DNA of 63,506 bases, the filler included, from Craspedostauros australis (taxonomy: Eukaryota), in assembly GCA_030167865.1 (NCBI GenBank). It is 10 parts of 10 records of this genome, joined end to end, with 100 filler letters (N's around TTAATTAATTAA, not from the genome) between each part and the next. Parts side by side here need not be neighbours in the genome. Positions count along the whole stretch, not along the records: positions 38,793 to 47,556 come from JALAGF010005510.1; positions 47,657 to 51,570 come from JALAGF010005511.1; 8 more parts are not named here. One strand, given 5' to 3'. The notes beneath the pieces are model-generated. The model saw only the letters and a program-made list of their open reading frames with translations. It was not told the DNA's origin and did no database searches. Made by a program: the position numbers and the translations under genes. Each line of letters starts with the position of its first letter. Position 1 is the first letter of the stretch. Below, piece by piece: positions 39,977 to 50,700 of the stretch.

Positions 39977-40839
39977 AGAGTGATGAGCGGCAGAGCGTAC
40001 AAGTGGGGGCAAGTCGGAGGAGGAGACAGGGAAGACCGCTCAACAAGCTTCCTCTCATGATCGACTCGCAGCACTTTGCTCTGTGGCAGGTCATTACAAA
40101 TAGAAGCACTTACGCGTGAGGCGATGAGGTGCACAAAGAAGTGCCATTCTTTTCAGCCCCCCCCNNNNNNNNNNNNNNNNNNNNNNNNNNNNNNNNNNNN
40201 NNNNNNNNNNNNNNNNNCCTAACTTTTCATCTGCGATATCCACACCAAGCACATATTCGTAATCCTTATATTCTCCTTATAAATATCCAACCGTTACATT
40301 TTTTGTTAGATCCTATTTTAAGTTTTATGGAGTGATCTGCTACGACCCCTGAGTGAGTCGACCTGCACTTTGTTATGGGACTCAAGAACATTTTTCTTGT
40401 AGATCTAAACCAAGCATATTTTTACGTCTGTTGCAGATAAACCTCATATGCCCCATCGAGAGACCTTGTGAGGAGCTCGGGGGTTGTTGTCTCTAAACAC
40501 AATATACCAAATAGACGTAGTCTTTACCTTCAAAAATCTATACCTGAAGACTTTGAGCTTCATAGAAGGCGTGGTTCAAGAGATATGATATTCTATAACT
40601 TATTTTGATGCCCCTCTAGATCATTACAACTACAATCAACATCAACTACTTCCTCATCAATTACAACTTTACCACTTCTTTGTATAGCTCGTCGTCTCAC
40701 GCGTAAGTGCTTCTATTTGCAATGACATGCCACAGAGCAAAGTGCTGCGAGTCGATCATGAGAGGAAGCTTGCTGAGCTGTCTTCCCTATCTCCTCCTCC
40801 GACTTGCCCCCACTTGTACGCTCCGCCGCTCATCATTCC

Positions 40840-43800
40840 CTAGGGGATGCAGGTGCCATCTGGGTCACAACACTGTGTGCAGCATGCGCACTCAGTCTCT
40901 GGAGGCAGGATGCCGTCGTCCGGTTCCTTGCAGTCTGAACTAAACAAAGAGAATTGGAATGATCCATCGCAGAACACATCGGTGAGGTTGCCTGTGATCG
41001 AGTTCTTCTCCAATCGAAGGCTGTCCAAGTTCGTCAGATTCCCCCATTGGGGCGGGACCTCCCCGTTGATGGAGTTTCCCGAAATGGAGACGGCAACAAG
41101 CCGGGACAGATCACCAATTTCGAATGGCAACGCGCCCGAGAGCTTGTTGTCGTTGAGGTAGAGCTCCTCCAGTGCCAACAACCGCCCGAGCTCTGATGAG
41201 ATTTCCTCCTTGAAGAAGTTCAAACTGAGATCGAGAAGTCTGAGACTCGAAAGGTCTCCATATTCCGTCGGGATCGTGCCAGACATGAAGTTAAATGAGA
41301 GGTTGAGCTCCTCAAGCCAAGACAGCCTTCTAATTTCTGTCGGGAGGAACCCCGAGATGTAATTGTCGGAGCAATCGAAGATGGTCAAGTATTCGAAAAG
41401 AGCAATCTCGGAAGGAAGCTGGTCACTGTCCACGTTTGAGTCTGAGAGGATGATTGAGGCGACGCTGCCCTCGGCGTCGCATTGGATACCTTCTTCTTCT
41501 TCCCAATCCCACCATTCGCAAACGGATGAAGGCGACAAAATAGGAGCAGTCGTGTCCCAAGGCCCATCGTTGGTAGTGGCATAGTAGAACACAGCCAAGG
41601 CGTATCGCTCCACGACCACCTCATCTGCAGTGTTGGCGAGGTCGAGATCGAAGAGATCGTCATTTGCCAACCAGTCCAGCGCGCGGTATTGCGGGCTTTC
41701 GATGTCATTGAACACCAACAGGTCCGTAAAGATTGGATCGCCCTGCAGATGTGGTTCCAAGATGGTGAGTATGTTGTTCATCTTCTCGACATCCAAGATG
41801 GGACACCCTGTCTCAGTGCTGCAGCAGTTGTCCATGGCGTCGCAGCAGTTCGAGCAGCAGGAACATGTCGTTTCTGCTGGAATCCCACCATCGTCAGTGG
41901 CAACGCAATCTGAGTAGAAGTAAAAAAGGTTGGGATGCGAGCCTGAGCAAAAGATTGGATCCAAGTTGCCCTGCAATTTGTTTCGCTCCACACCGAGACT
42001 CTGCAGGTTGGTAAGCTGGCCCCACTCGACTGGGACTGTCCCGTTGAATCTGTTCTGAAAGATCTGGAGGTTGGTCAGGGCTTGCATCTTACCAACCTCG
42101 GTGGGCAACGCGCCTGTCAGAGAGTTTCTGGAGATATCCAGCCGCTGAAGCAATTGCAGGTTGCCAATCTCGGACGGAAGCGTACCGGTGAAGCCAATGT
42201 TATCAAATCGAGCTTCCGTCAAGTTGGTCAGTCGGCCGATCTCTGTGGGCATCGGGCCGGACGTTGGGAGGAAGACGATGTGGAGCTCCATCAAGTTCGA
42301 TAATAGACCAATCTCGGTTGGCAGCGTTCCGGTGATGACGTTGTTGTTGATGTGCAAGGTGGTGAGCTGTTCAAGGAGGAAGAGCTCTTTCGGGATGGTG
42401 CCAGTCATGAAGTTGGACTCAAACCTTGCTTCAGTCACCCTGCCGGCTTCGTCACACGCAACAATGCCGCCGAAGATGTCACCACTGACATCGCCCCATT
42501 CGCAGACGCTGCTGTTGGTAAGAAAGTTGTATTTGTTCCCCCACTTGTCCTCGCCTCCGGTCGTGTAGGAAAGAACGGCGAGTGCGTAGCGTTCGAGGAG
42601 TTCGGATGTGGGCGCGAAGGCCAGGTCGATCTTTGTGACGTCTTGATTTGCGAGCCAGTCCAATGCTCTGTACTGTGTAGTGGATCGGTCCTCCAGTACG
42701 TTGCGCCCAGTGTTTGCCGGTTCACCTTCCAGGATCTGTGCCAGACGATCGACGAGCGTGTCGAATTCCGCGGTCTGCGGTGTGAAGGTCGGGCTCGATG
42801 ATGCGATGGGAGCTGCGGTTGGTGCCGACGTTACGAGAGATCTGTTGTCGGCATTGGAGGAGTTGTTGGAGTTGCCGCCTGATAGTGCCACGCCGACTCC
42901 AGCGCCGATCCCTGCCAGCACCAAAGCGACGATGATGCCAATGCACGTCCTGCGCCTGCTTTGACTGCCGGACTTGCCGTTTTCGTCGTCCTTCGTGACC
43001 TCCACCGCTTCGGCGGTGACAACTGCGCCACTCGCGACCGTGCTGCCGCCATTGTGCGTTTTCTCCATGCGCATGCGCTCCTGTACCTGCGTTTCCATGC
43101 GCTCCGCGAACTCCTTCTCGAGACGCTCCTTGACACGATCCGCCACGTCCTCTTCGGTTGAAGCCAGCTGGGCCGTGATGGGGGTGGCGATCGTGGACAG
43201 GTCTTTGGTCTGATCCATCGTGAAGACGGAGACGTTGGAAGGCTTTTTTTGGTGCACCTCCAAGACCGGTGACGCGTGAGATGGATCGGCGGAGAAGGTG
43301 GAGGCTGTGGACTGGCGCAAGTTGTCAACAATTGAAACGGCGCCTGGTTGGCTCGGGACGGTCTGAGGCGGATCATCCATTGGCTGCAATAGCTCCTCGT
43401 CATCCTCTTCCTCCTTCGTTTCAACTGAGTTGCGACTGGGCATAGCGGCCCTGCTGGGATTGGACCACCGTTGCGACGGCCGCGTGCCTCTGGGGTATCC
43501 AAGCTTGCTCCTATCGAGGATGCCTGTGCCACCGGCGGTCCGTGTGCCAATGGATGCCTCGGTGGTCCTGGAGGACATAGGGATAGCCCCGACCTTCTGC
43601 GACATCGTGTACGCTGCATTGGACGCATTGGAAGCTTCGATGTCTTCCGTTGATGCGTCGACGCCCGAAACTGACACGGCTCCTGGTCGCAGCGGTGGCG
43701 GCGGAACGACTGATGCTGATCCTGACACTCGCGACTGCATTGTATTGCGTTGCTCCGATCCAATGGGGGAGAAGAATCCGCTGGAGATGGAGGACATGTC

Positions 43801-44091
43801 ACTGGGTGAGACCAGACCAGCAGGACGTTGCGCTCCAGGCCTGGCCTTCGCCTTCGCCTTGGCATCAGCGTCGGCGGTAGAGTTGGTCCTGGTCGATCCG
43901 CCGCTGCGACGTTGTCTATCTCGGTCTCGACCGATGCGGACCTCCTGGCGATGGGCTGCAGGCTTTCTGTCGTCAGCAGCACTGGCGGCGCCATCGTTGT
44001 CTTCCTTCTCCATCACGCCATTGCCTTCCTTGTCATCGCCAGGGCTCCTTGGTGGTGGCTTGCGGTCCTCCATCACGGTGGCGTCTAACAA
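40840..44091 (-). CDS. Type-II membrane leucine-rich-repeat receptor-like protein (1083 aa), two tandem cap-LRR-Cys modules
   Basis: Disordered N-terminus with repeated PGA/VGA motifs; RRR followed by a hydrophobic helix IGIIVALVLAGIGAGVGVAL; APTAAP linker; two modules each of QYRALDWLA cap, GTIPxE LRRs and SDC...CxCCxxCC. No kinase domain. Confidence 0.92.
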   Translation of the reverse strand: MLDATVMEDRKPPPRSPGDDKEGNGVMEKEDNDGAASAADDRKPAAHRQEVRIGRDRDRQRRSGGSTRTNSTADADAKAKAKARPGAQRPAGLVSPSDMSSISSGFFSPIGSEQRNTMQSRVSGSASVVPPPPLRPGAVSVSGVDASTEDIEASNASNAAYTMSQKVGAIPMSSRTTEASIGTRTAGGTGILDRSKLGYPRGTRPSQRWSNPSRAAMPSRNSVETKEEEDDEELLQPMDDPPQTVPSQPGAVSIVDNLRQSTASTFSADPSHASPVLEVHQKKPSNVSVFTMDQTKDLSTIATPITAQLASTEEDVADRVKERLEKEFAERMETQVQERMRMEKTHNGGSTVASGAVVTAEAVEVTKDDENGKSGSQSRRRTCIGIIVALVLAGIGAGVGVALSGGNSNNSSNADNRSLVTSAPTAAPIASSSPTFTPQTAEFDTLVDRLAQILEGEPANTGRNVLEDRSTTQYRALDWLANQDVTKIDLAFAPTSELLERYALAVLSYTTGGEDKWGNKYNFLTNSSVCEWGDVSGDIFGGIVACDEAGRVTEARFESNFMTGTIPKELFLLEQLTTLHINNNVITGTLPTEIGLLSNLMELHIVFLPTSGPMPTEIGRLTNLTEARFDNIGFTGTLPSEIGNLQLLQRLDISRNSLTGALPTEVGKMQALTNLQIFQNRFNGTVPVEWGQLTNLQSLGVERNKLQGNLDPIFCSGSHPNLFYFYSDCVATDDGGIPAETTCSCCSNCCDAMDNCCSTETGCPILDVEKMNNILTILEPHLQGDPIFTDLLVFNDIESPQYRALDWLANDDLFDLDLANTADEVVVERYALAVFYYATTNDGPWDTTAPILSPSSVCEWWDWEEEEGIQCDAEGSVASIILSDSNVDSDQLPSEIALFEYLTIFDCSDNYISGFLPTEIRRLSWLEELNLSFNFMSGTIPTEYGDLSSLRLLDLSLNFFKEEISSELGRLLALEELYLNDNKLSGALPFEIGDLSRLVAVSISGNSINGEVPPQWGNLTNLDSLRLEKNSITGNLTDVFCDGSFQFSLFSSDCKEPDDGILPPETECACCTQCCDPDGTCIP

Positions 44092-44603
44092 GTGGAGTTC
44101 AGTGGAGCGAAGTGGAGTTCTGTCCTTCGTTGTTTATGCTGGAGGTCGTCACCGTCGTCGTCGTCGTTGTTGTTGTTGTTGTTGTTGTGGGATGAAGAAT
44201 CCTCTCACCTCAGTTGTCCTGGAGCCACAACCAGATGCGTTCTCTGGGGAGTTCGAGTCACCTCGTACAAGCTTCGCCGGTTTGCCGAAGGATTTCGGAG
44301 AATTCTGCGTTGTTGTGTGTTGTTGTTTCGTCCTTCCGTGGTTAGACTGGCATCATCCATGTTGGCATCAATTGGCCTTCCCTCGAACATCGCTGGCACC
44401 CACAAGTCACTCGCACCGCGCGCAGGCTGCGCCATACTATACATCAAAGATGTTTGAGTCCGAACACGATCGGGGACGAAAAAACGCGTTTCGCGCATCC
44501 TCTCCCTCCTTGGACACACAAATCATCACACCACCGTATCAAGACTTGTTCCGCCCAAATGACAAACAAACAGACGCGGTTCCAATTGTAAATGCTCCGC
44601 GAG

Positions 44604-45333
44604 AGTTGAAGTTCACCTGGGAACACATGACTTTCAACTTGAGTGTGTCCCATGTCGTTCCTTGAAATTCATTTTGGCGCGAAATCTTCAACTCCGACAT
44701 CAGCAAAATCCTCCTGTCTCTTTTCCTCCTTTTCTCATTCACGGATCATTGCTGACTCAAATAACACGATTGACTCGACTCAAGCTGTTCTGGGAACAAT
44801 ATGCTCCCCTGAATTTTTTATTGCACCTTGTCTCAATTCCCTTGTCAGCTATGACACCTACCACCACCACTCGACTACAACAAGGAGATCCAACCTGCTT
44901 CAACACAAGCAGAGAATCCAGCAGTAATTCCTATCACCTGCCCACTGTTTCTTCACTTGCAACCTCAACAAGATGTCAAGTTCTTGTACTTGAATGCAGG
45001 AAGACTACTGCAGATGGTAGAGAATAACAGAGAGCAAGGAGCCCTGTCCATTCTCAACAACGGACCCCTGAGGATCAGTGTAGAGCCGCACCAACTGTGT
45101 GAACATTGCTTCTTCATCCTACCTTTATCATCTGATCAACTCACAATGCAGAACTATCGATGAACAAACAGCACAACTCAAGATCAGTACAACAACACTT
45201 ACATACTCATTGTCAACTTTAATACTTCCCAGACGGTCATCCCTTGCTAACTATATCAACATCTTCTTCGAGCTGGCAGCCAGCAAGGCCTTCCCTTCAG
45301 GATCATGTCACAACAGTACATGAAAACCCAACT
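44604..45333 (+). mobile_element. Diverged copy of repeat family A (AGTT...AACT element)
   Basis: Begins AGTTGAAGTTC and ends AAACCCAACT. Collinear patches shared with 50701-51384 (TTTTGGCGCGAAATCTTC, CATTCACG, TGGGAAC.ATATGCTC, TCCAAC.TGCTTCAAC, AGCTGGCAG). Flanks do not form a TSD. Confidence 0.65.
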
Positions 45334-46547
45334 AAGATGATGGAAAGCAATGACGTTGCTGATAGTGCTGCTTCTTGAAGGCCACAAATAAAATACTGGC
45401 CTAGACAGAAACACTCCAAAGAGGGTCAACCGGATCTGCAGCTTATGCGGATTCCATATCTGCAAAGAAAATTGGGGTATCTACTATGGAAGATGATGAA
45501 GTATGGTGAAACATAAATTCAGTGGTTTCCAATGATAGCACTAGTAAACGAAAATACCAATTTAGTTTTTGCATAGGCCGTGGTAGGACAAACGCGTTCA
45601 AAAATTAACACGGTGTCAAGATAAACGATATATTAGTGTAATTATCTCTGGGTCATAAAGGGATAATAGGACCTAACTCAACAATGTAATGGTTAATTAG
45701 TCGTATTAGATCTACAAGGATCACGAATAAGTGCTTGGTTTGGACAACGGAGACGACAGGTCAAGAGGTCCATTTCAACTGATTGGTCGACTCGCTCGGG
45801 GGGCTCTTAGGTTGCTGATCAGCTAACACCACGAGCATACGTTCCAGAGAGTACCAGCTGGTGTGGTATCCGTAGTTGCTGTGAGCACCAGATGAAAGCG
45901 AAAGTGGAAGTGGCTTGGTTTGTGTCTCAGCTTCGCCGGAAGGAGTTGTTTGGCATCGTCGCGTCGCCCAGTGCTTTGCGCCAACGTCAGCGATGTTGTG
46001 CACACTTCGCCAAACATTCCAGTGTCGCCGCGAGGAAGTGCCTCTCGTCAAACACAACCTGCCCTGTCATGATAAACTGCATGTAGTCATCAGCATCACG
46101 ATGTAGAGTGATCAATCACTCCCTTCAGAAAGACTTAACCGTCAGAATAGCTCATAGTGGTACAATATTCTTACAACATGCGTATACATGGCTTCTGTGT
46201 GGGTTTATCGCTGCAGTCTTCGTGACAAACTTTTGTCAAAAGTCACATGACTGCGCTGTTCGACTTGATGGCGAAGCGGATCGGCTGCTGCGCAGGCTTT
46301 TTCCGCATTGTTTCGGCATCGTGCACAAAAGCAAACCACCACACAACACCAAACACCAACAATGGCAATTCCTCCCGCCATCTTTCGTCGAAGTTGCGAA
46401 GTTCTCCCGGAGAGCTTTGAGGTCTCAGAATGAGTTGTTGTGCACATCTGATTCCGAATCAGTCACAACTCGTCTCACATCACACCAGGGTCAAGAGACA
46501 TCGAAGGCCGCCACCACAGCAACAACAAGGAGGAGATACTATCAGCG

Positions 46548-47556
46548 ATGGAAGTCAAACAAATAGCAACAAAGAGCCCCGACGATGACAAGAAGCGACA
46601 GGGCAGGCGCAAGAAGGCAGCCAATAACGACCACAGCCATGTGAAGACCCCTGACGATCGCCAGCTGCCAAGCGTGGACATCGTCCCAGGATCGCACAGA
46701 TCGACGCCAGAAAGGATGAGAAACGAGACCGACAACGTCATCACCGCTGATGTCACGGATGATCAGAAGCCTCCGTCTCGGCGTCGGCAGGTGCTCATCA
46801 GCCGAGACAGGAACCGCCGCAACGGCACATCAGCCGAGTTCAGTTCCACTGCTGACGCTGATGCCAAGGCAAAGGCCAGAGCCGCAGCGCTACGTGCCGC
46901 TGCTGCGACCCGCCCGAGCGATCCTTCCTCGCCGGGCGTTGGTCATTTTTGTGCGATTGGATCGGAGCAACCAAACTCGTCATCATCGCTGCTGCGACCG
47001 GGCGCCGTGCCTTTCTCGGGCGATCAATCCGCAAGGCAAGGTGCCGGAGAGTCAGAAGCTACGGGTTCATCCAGCATGGCCTACAGACTGTCTCAGAAGG
47101 TCGGGGCTGTCCCAGCACCCCCTCACACCTCCACGACGGCTATCGACGGGCCGCCCGTCAATGGCAAGCGCGATGTGACCGAATTCGGCTTTCCTCAGGG
47201 CGTTCGATCACCGCGACACAGCCCCCACCCCAACAGTTCCACCACATCCAACCGCAGCGGAGAGGAAATCCACCAGGATGAAGAGGAGCTGTTGCAGCTT
47301 GTGGATGAAGCAAAGCAGACTGCGCCATATCAACCAGGATTCGTTCGGACCGGTGACAACTTTCGTGAATCAATTGGATCGACCTCTTCTTTCGGCCTTG
47401 CTCGCACACCACCAGCCTCAGCGATGCACCAGCATGCGCCATCTAACACCCCTACCACCTCCACGAGCCCAGCCGAAGACCACGCCCCGGTTGCCATTCC
47501 CATCACAGACCAACTGGAGGCAAACGAAGAGGACATGGAGGACCGCATCAAGGAAC
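46548..47556 (+). CDS. LRR receptor-like protein paralog, 5' part (3'-truncated)
   Basis: Aligns with the N-terminus of 40840-44091 (STADADAKAKAR, IGSEQ, LRPGAV, SQKVGA, EEELLQ, PITxQL...EED..DR.KE). Confidence 0.85.
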
Positions 47557-47656
47557 NNNNNNNNNNNNNNNNNNNNNNNNNNNNNNNNNNNNNNNNNNNN
47601 TTAATTAATTAANNNNNNNNNNNNNNNNNNNNNNNNNNNNNNNNNNNNNNNNNNNN

Positions 47657-48505
47657 CACAAGGTGCACGACGTGACATACGGCATCAGCTCGAACCCGTT
47701 GATGCAGTTCGCCATCGTCTTCGCGGCCGTCATCCATGACGTGGACCACACCGGCCTCCCGAATGCGGAGCTCGTACGGATGCAGACACCTGCCTCCGTG
47801 GCCTACCGTGGCAAGTCCGTTGCTGAGCAGAACTCGGTGGACGTGGCGTGGAACACGCTGATGCTGCCAGAGTTCGCAGGCTTGCGACGATGCATCTACA
47901 CCACCGTGGACGAGCTGAAGCACTTCCGCCAGCTCGTGGTGAACATCGTGATGGCAACCGACATCGCTGACAAGGAGCTGCAAGCATTGCGTCGCAAGCG
48001 TTGGGCTGTTGCATTTGACAGCGGGTCGCCCACCAGCATCCCGGAGCACGTCGCGACCGTCACCAGGAATGCCACAGGTGGATTTGGAGGTGGCAATGGC
48101 AGCGATAGCGATGGCGGCGACACAAGCAACATGGACCGCCGTGCGACGATCGTGCTGGAGTACATCATCCAGGCCTCGGATGTCGCGCACACCATGCAGC
48201 ACTGGCACACATACCAGAAGTGGAACGAGCGCCTCTTCTTCGAGCGCTACAAGGCCTATCTGGATGGTCACGAGAACGAAGATCCATCCATCGGTTGGTA
48301 CAAGGGCGAGATCGGGTTCTTCGACTTCTACATCATCCCGCTGGCGAAGAAGCTCAAGGAGTGTGGCGTATTTGGAGTATCGCACCATGAGTACCTCCGA
48401 TACGCAGAGGGCAACCGAATGGAATGGGAGAAGAAAGGGCAGGACATTGTGAAGAAGATGCACGCAGCTGCGGTGACGAAGTTTGGCATGGGAGGATCGA
48501 AGTGA
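47657..48505 (+). CDS. 3',5'-cyclic nucleotide phosphodiesterase (class I, HD) domain, 3' part; probably the C-terminus of a diatom guanylate cyclase/PDE-type protein
   Basis: IHDVDHTG.PN, SVAEQNS, VMATDI, IIQASDVAHTMQHW, GEIGFFDFYIIPLA motifs. 5' end lost at the scaffold edge, so the cyclase fusion is only an inference. Confidence 0.9.
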   Translation, partial: HKVHDVTYGISSNPLMQFAIVFAAVIHDVDHTGLPNAELVRMQTPASVAYRGKSVAEQNSVDVAWNTLMLPEFAGLRRCIYTTVDELKHFRQLVVNIVMATDIADKELQALRRKRWAVAFDSGSPTSIPEHVATVTRNATGGFGGGNGSDSDGGDTSNMDRRATIVLEYIIQASDVAHTMQHWHTYQKWNERLFFERYKAYLDGHENEDPSIGWYKGEIGFFDFYIIPLAKKLKECGVFGVSHHEYLRYAEGNRMEWEKKGQDIVKKMHAAAVTKFGMGGSK

Positions 48506-49919
48506 GATGATGCTGCTGTTGAGAAGTAATGGGAGGATGAGCGCAAAGTACTGCGACTAATACCATACCATACAACTAGGAGTAACGTAGGGAATTGGAT
48601 CGGTTATCATACGTACGGGGACCAACAACTTGAGCAAAGTGGGCGACCTGTGCTCTAATTTGTGCATGGCGCAAAGGATGAGCCTACCCGCAGAGGAAGA
48701 CGCTAGCGGCGACGACGCCGCCGACGACGATGGTAGAGCGCGAACCACAACAAGAGAGTACCCATGCCCAGCGAATGTGTTAATCATGGGCGAGTGGCGA
48801 GAGTGAAAGCAGGTGCCTCTGGGTCGTACCTCTCTAGATCCAACATGTGTTCCTGGACCTGGTATTGCAGGCAAGGAGGTTTGCGAAAGAAGCAGGATGA
48901 AACAGCATGAAAACGGACAAGCTCAGGAGGGACGGCTGGCGAGACTTCGCAAAGCAACGGAAGGGTGCCCGAGTCGCACTTCTGGAGATCGATAGTATCC
49001 GGGAGGATGTGGTTGTGGTGGAGGGGACGGCCGCTCCAGAAATATAGCGCATCAATAGAGGCCGTCGCTGTGCATGCCAACATCATGGGCGAGCGGGATG
49101 GAACCACCCAATCACCATCTGCATCGGACTTCGACCTCATCCGTGTGAAGCTGCCAAGTGCTAGATCCGCAACCAGACCGAGATGGGCGACAGTGCCACA
49201 TACAACCACTTTCGACGGTGGGCCTAGTCTCGCATACGAAAGTATCCAAGTAAAACTAGCCTCTTCCATTTTCGATCAACTCGATCTCATTTCCGTCTCA
49301 CGAAGGATTCGTCCACGTTTTCTGTGACGCCAAACTCTCCTACTGGGAAAAGGCATGGAATTGGAAGTAAACAACGGATTATGAGCTCAAGGCACGAGCC
49401 ATTTACCTCTCATGCGGTCTCTACTCTGCTGCGTACGATTCAGCTGCAAGTGCCCAGTCTAACGCTCAAATAACCGGTAATAACGTCCGTATCTGCTTGG
49501 TCCCCTCGATATGCGGTGGCTCTGCTGCTCGTCAGATCGTCTCATCTCTTCGGTGCTCTCATGCATGCATTCGTACGGTATGTACCTGCTGCATGTCCTC
49601 ATGAATGGACACCACAGGGCGCTCATCCCATCCACCAGGAAGTTACTCNNNNNNNNNNNNNNNNNNNNNNNNNNNNNNNNNNNNNNNNNNNNNNNNNNNN
49701 NNNNNNNNNNNNNNNNNNNNNNNNNNNNNNNNNNNNNNNNNNNNNNNNNNNNNNNNNNNNNNNNNNNNNNNNNNNNNNNNNNNNNNNNNNNNNNNNNNNN
49801 NNNNNNNNNNNNNNNNNNNNNNNNNNNNNNNNNNNNNNNNNNNNNNNNNNNNNNNNNNNNNNNNNNNNNNNNNNNNNNNNNNNNNNNNNNNNNNNNNNNN
49901 NNNNNNNNNNNNNNNNNNN

Positions 49920-50691
49920 TGCAATTGCGTTGGCTTTCTTTCTCAGTTGTGATTCGGGTGCGGATGCGTTGTAGACGACGCTCTGGTTGTCAACTCGGAT
50001 ATCAGCCGGTCCCTCCAATGGCACACCCATCATTCGTAGCTTGTATCTCATACCAATCACAATTTCCATGGCGACTTTGAGTGCGGTGAACTCTGAACCA
50101 AATGTCGATGTCTCAATGCCATTCTGCTTCTTGCTGTACCATAAGATGGGTGAGGAATTCAAGAAAAGTAAAACACTTGTTCGAGATCGTCGTGTGTATT
50201 GATCTCCTGCATGATCTGCATCAACAAAACACGTCATTTGCACTTCTTTGCCTCTTGGTTTTGGCATATCATGTGGTATCAATTCGCGTGCGTCGGGGTA
50301 NAAGGATGCCCAATCTGGTGTTGGAATGGTGTTCTTCTTGACGTATGCATCGTCNAACACCAAACGTGATCGGTCATGTGAGTTGAGATAGGCAAACATA
50401 TGAAAAAGCACACGCAAATGCCCTGTTCTGGGGGCAGCACAGTATGAAGACATCATGCTTGTCTCGCAGCATATGTCGATCCGTCCCAACTCGACGATCC
50501 ACCTCAGGATCCCAATCAGCTGTTGATAGTAGTTCATCTCCTCTGGATCACAAAGGGCGGTGGCTTCAAGCTCTGGACGGTAACCGTTTGGTATCACGCT
50601 TTTCGCGCTGGTATGGAATTTACCGCCACGGGCCTCAAGCCATTTCTGTGCCATCTTCGTGACCTCTCGGACATATCGCTGGGATCCCATG
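49920..50691 (-). mobile_element. Ty1/Copia (CoDi-like) pol fragment: RT C-terminus and RNase H
   Basis: YRPEL, YQQLIGILRWIVELGRIDI, FVDADHAGDQYTRRSRT, WYSKKQNGIETSTFGSEF, VDNQSV motifs. Interrupted at 50692 by LTR B. Confidence 0.92.
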
Positions 50692-50700
50692 TGTCGAGAT

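Noticed and set aside
42831..44665. Long alternative-frame and antisense ORFs (387 aa, 411 aa) over the LRR gene, and similar ones over the PDE and STAND genes
   Set aside because: Shadows of GC-rich biased codon usage in the real genes; no motifs of their own.
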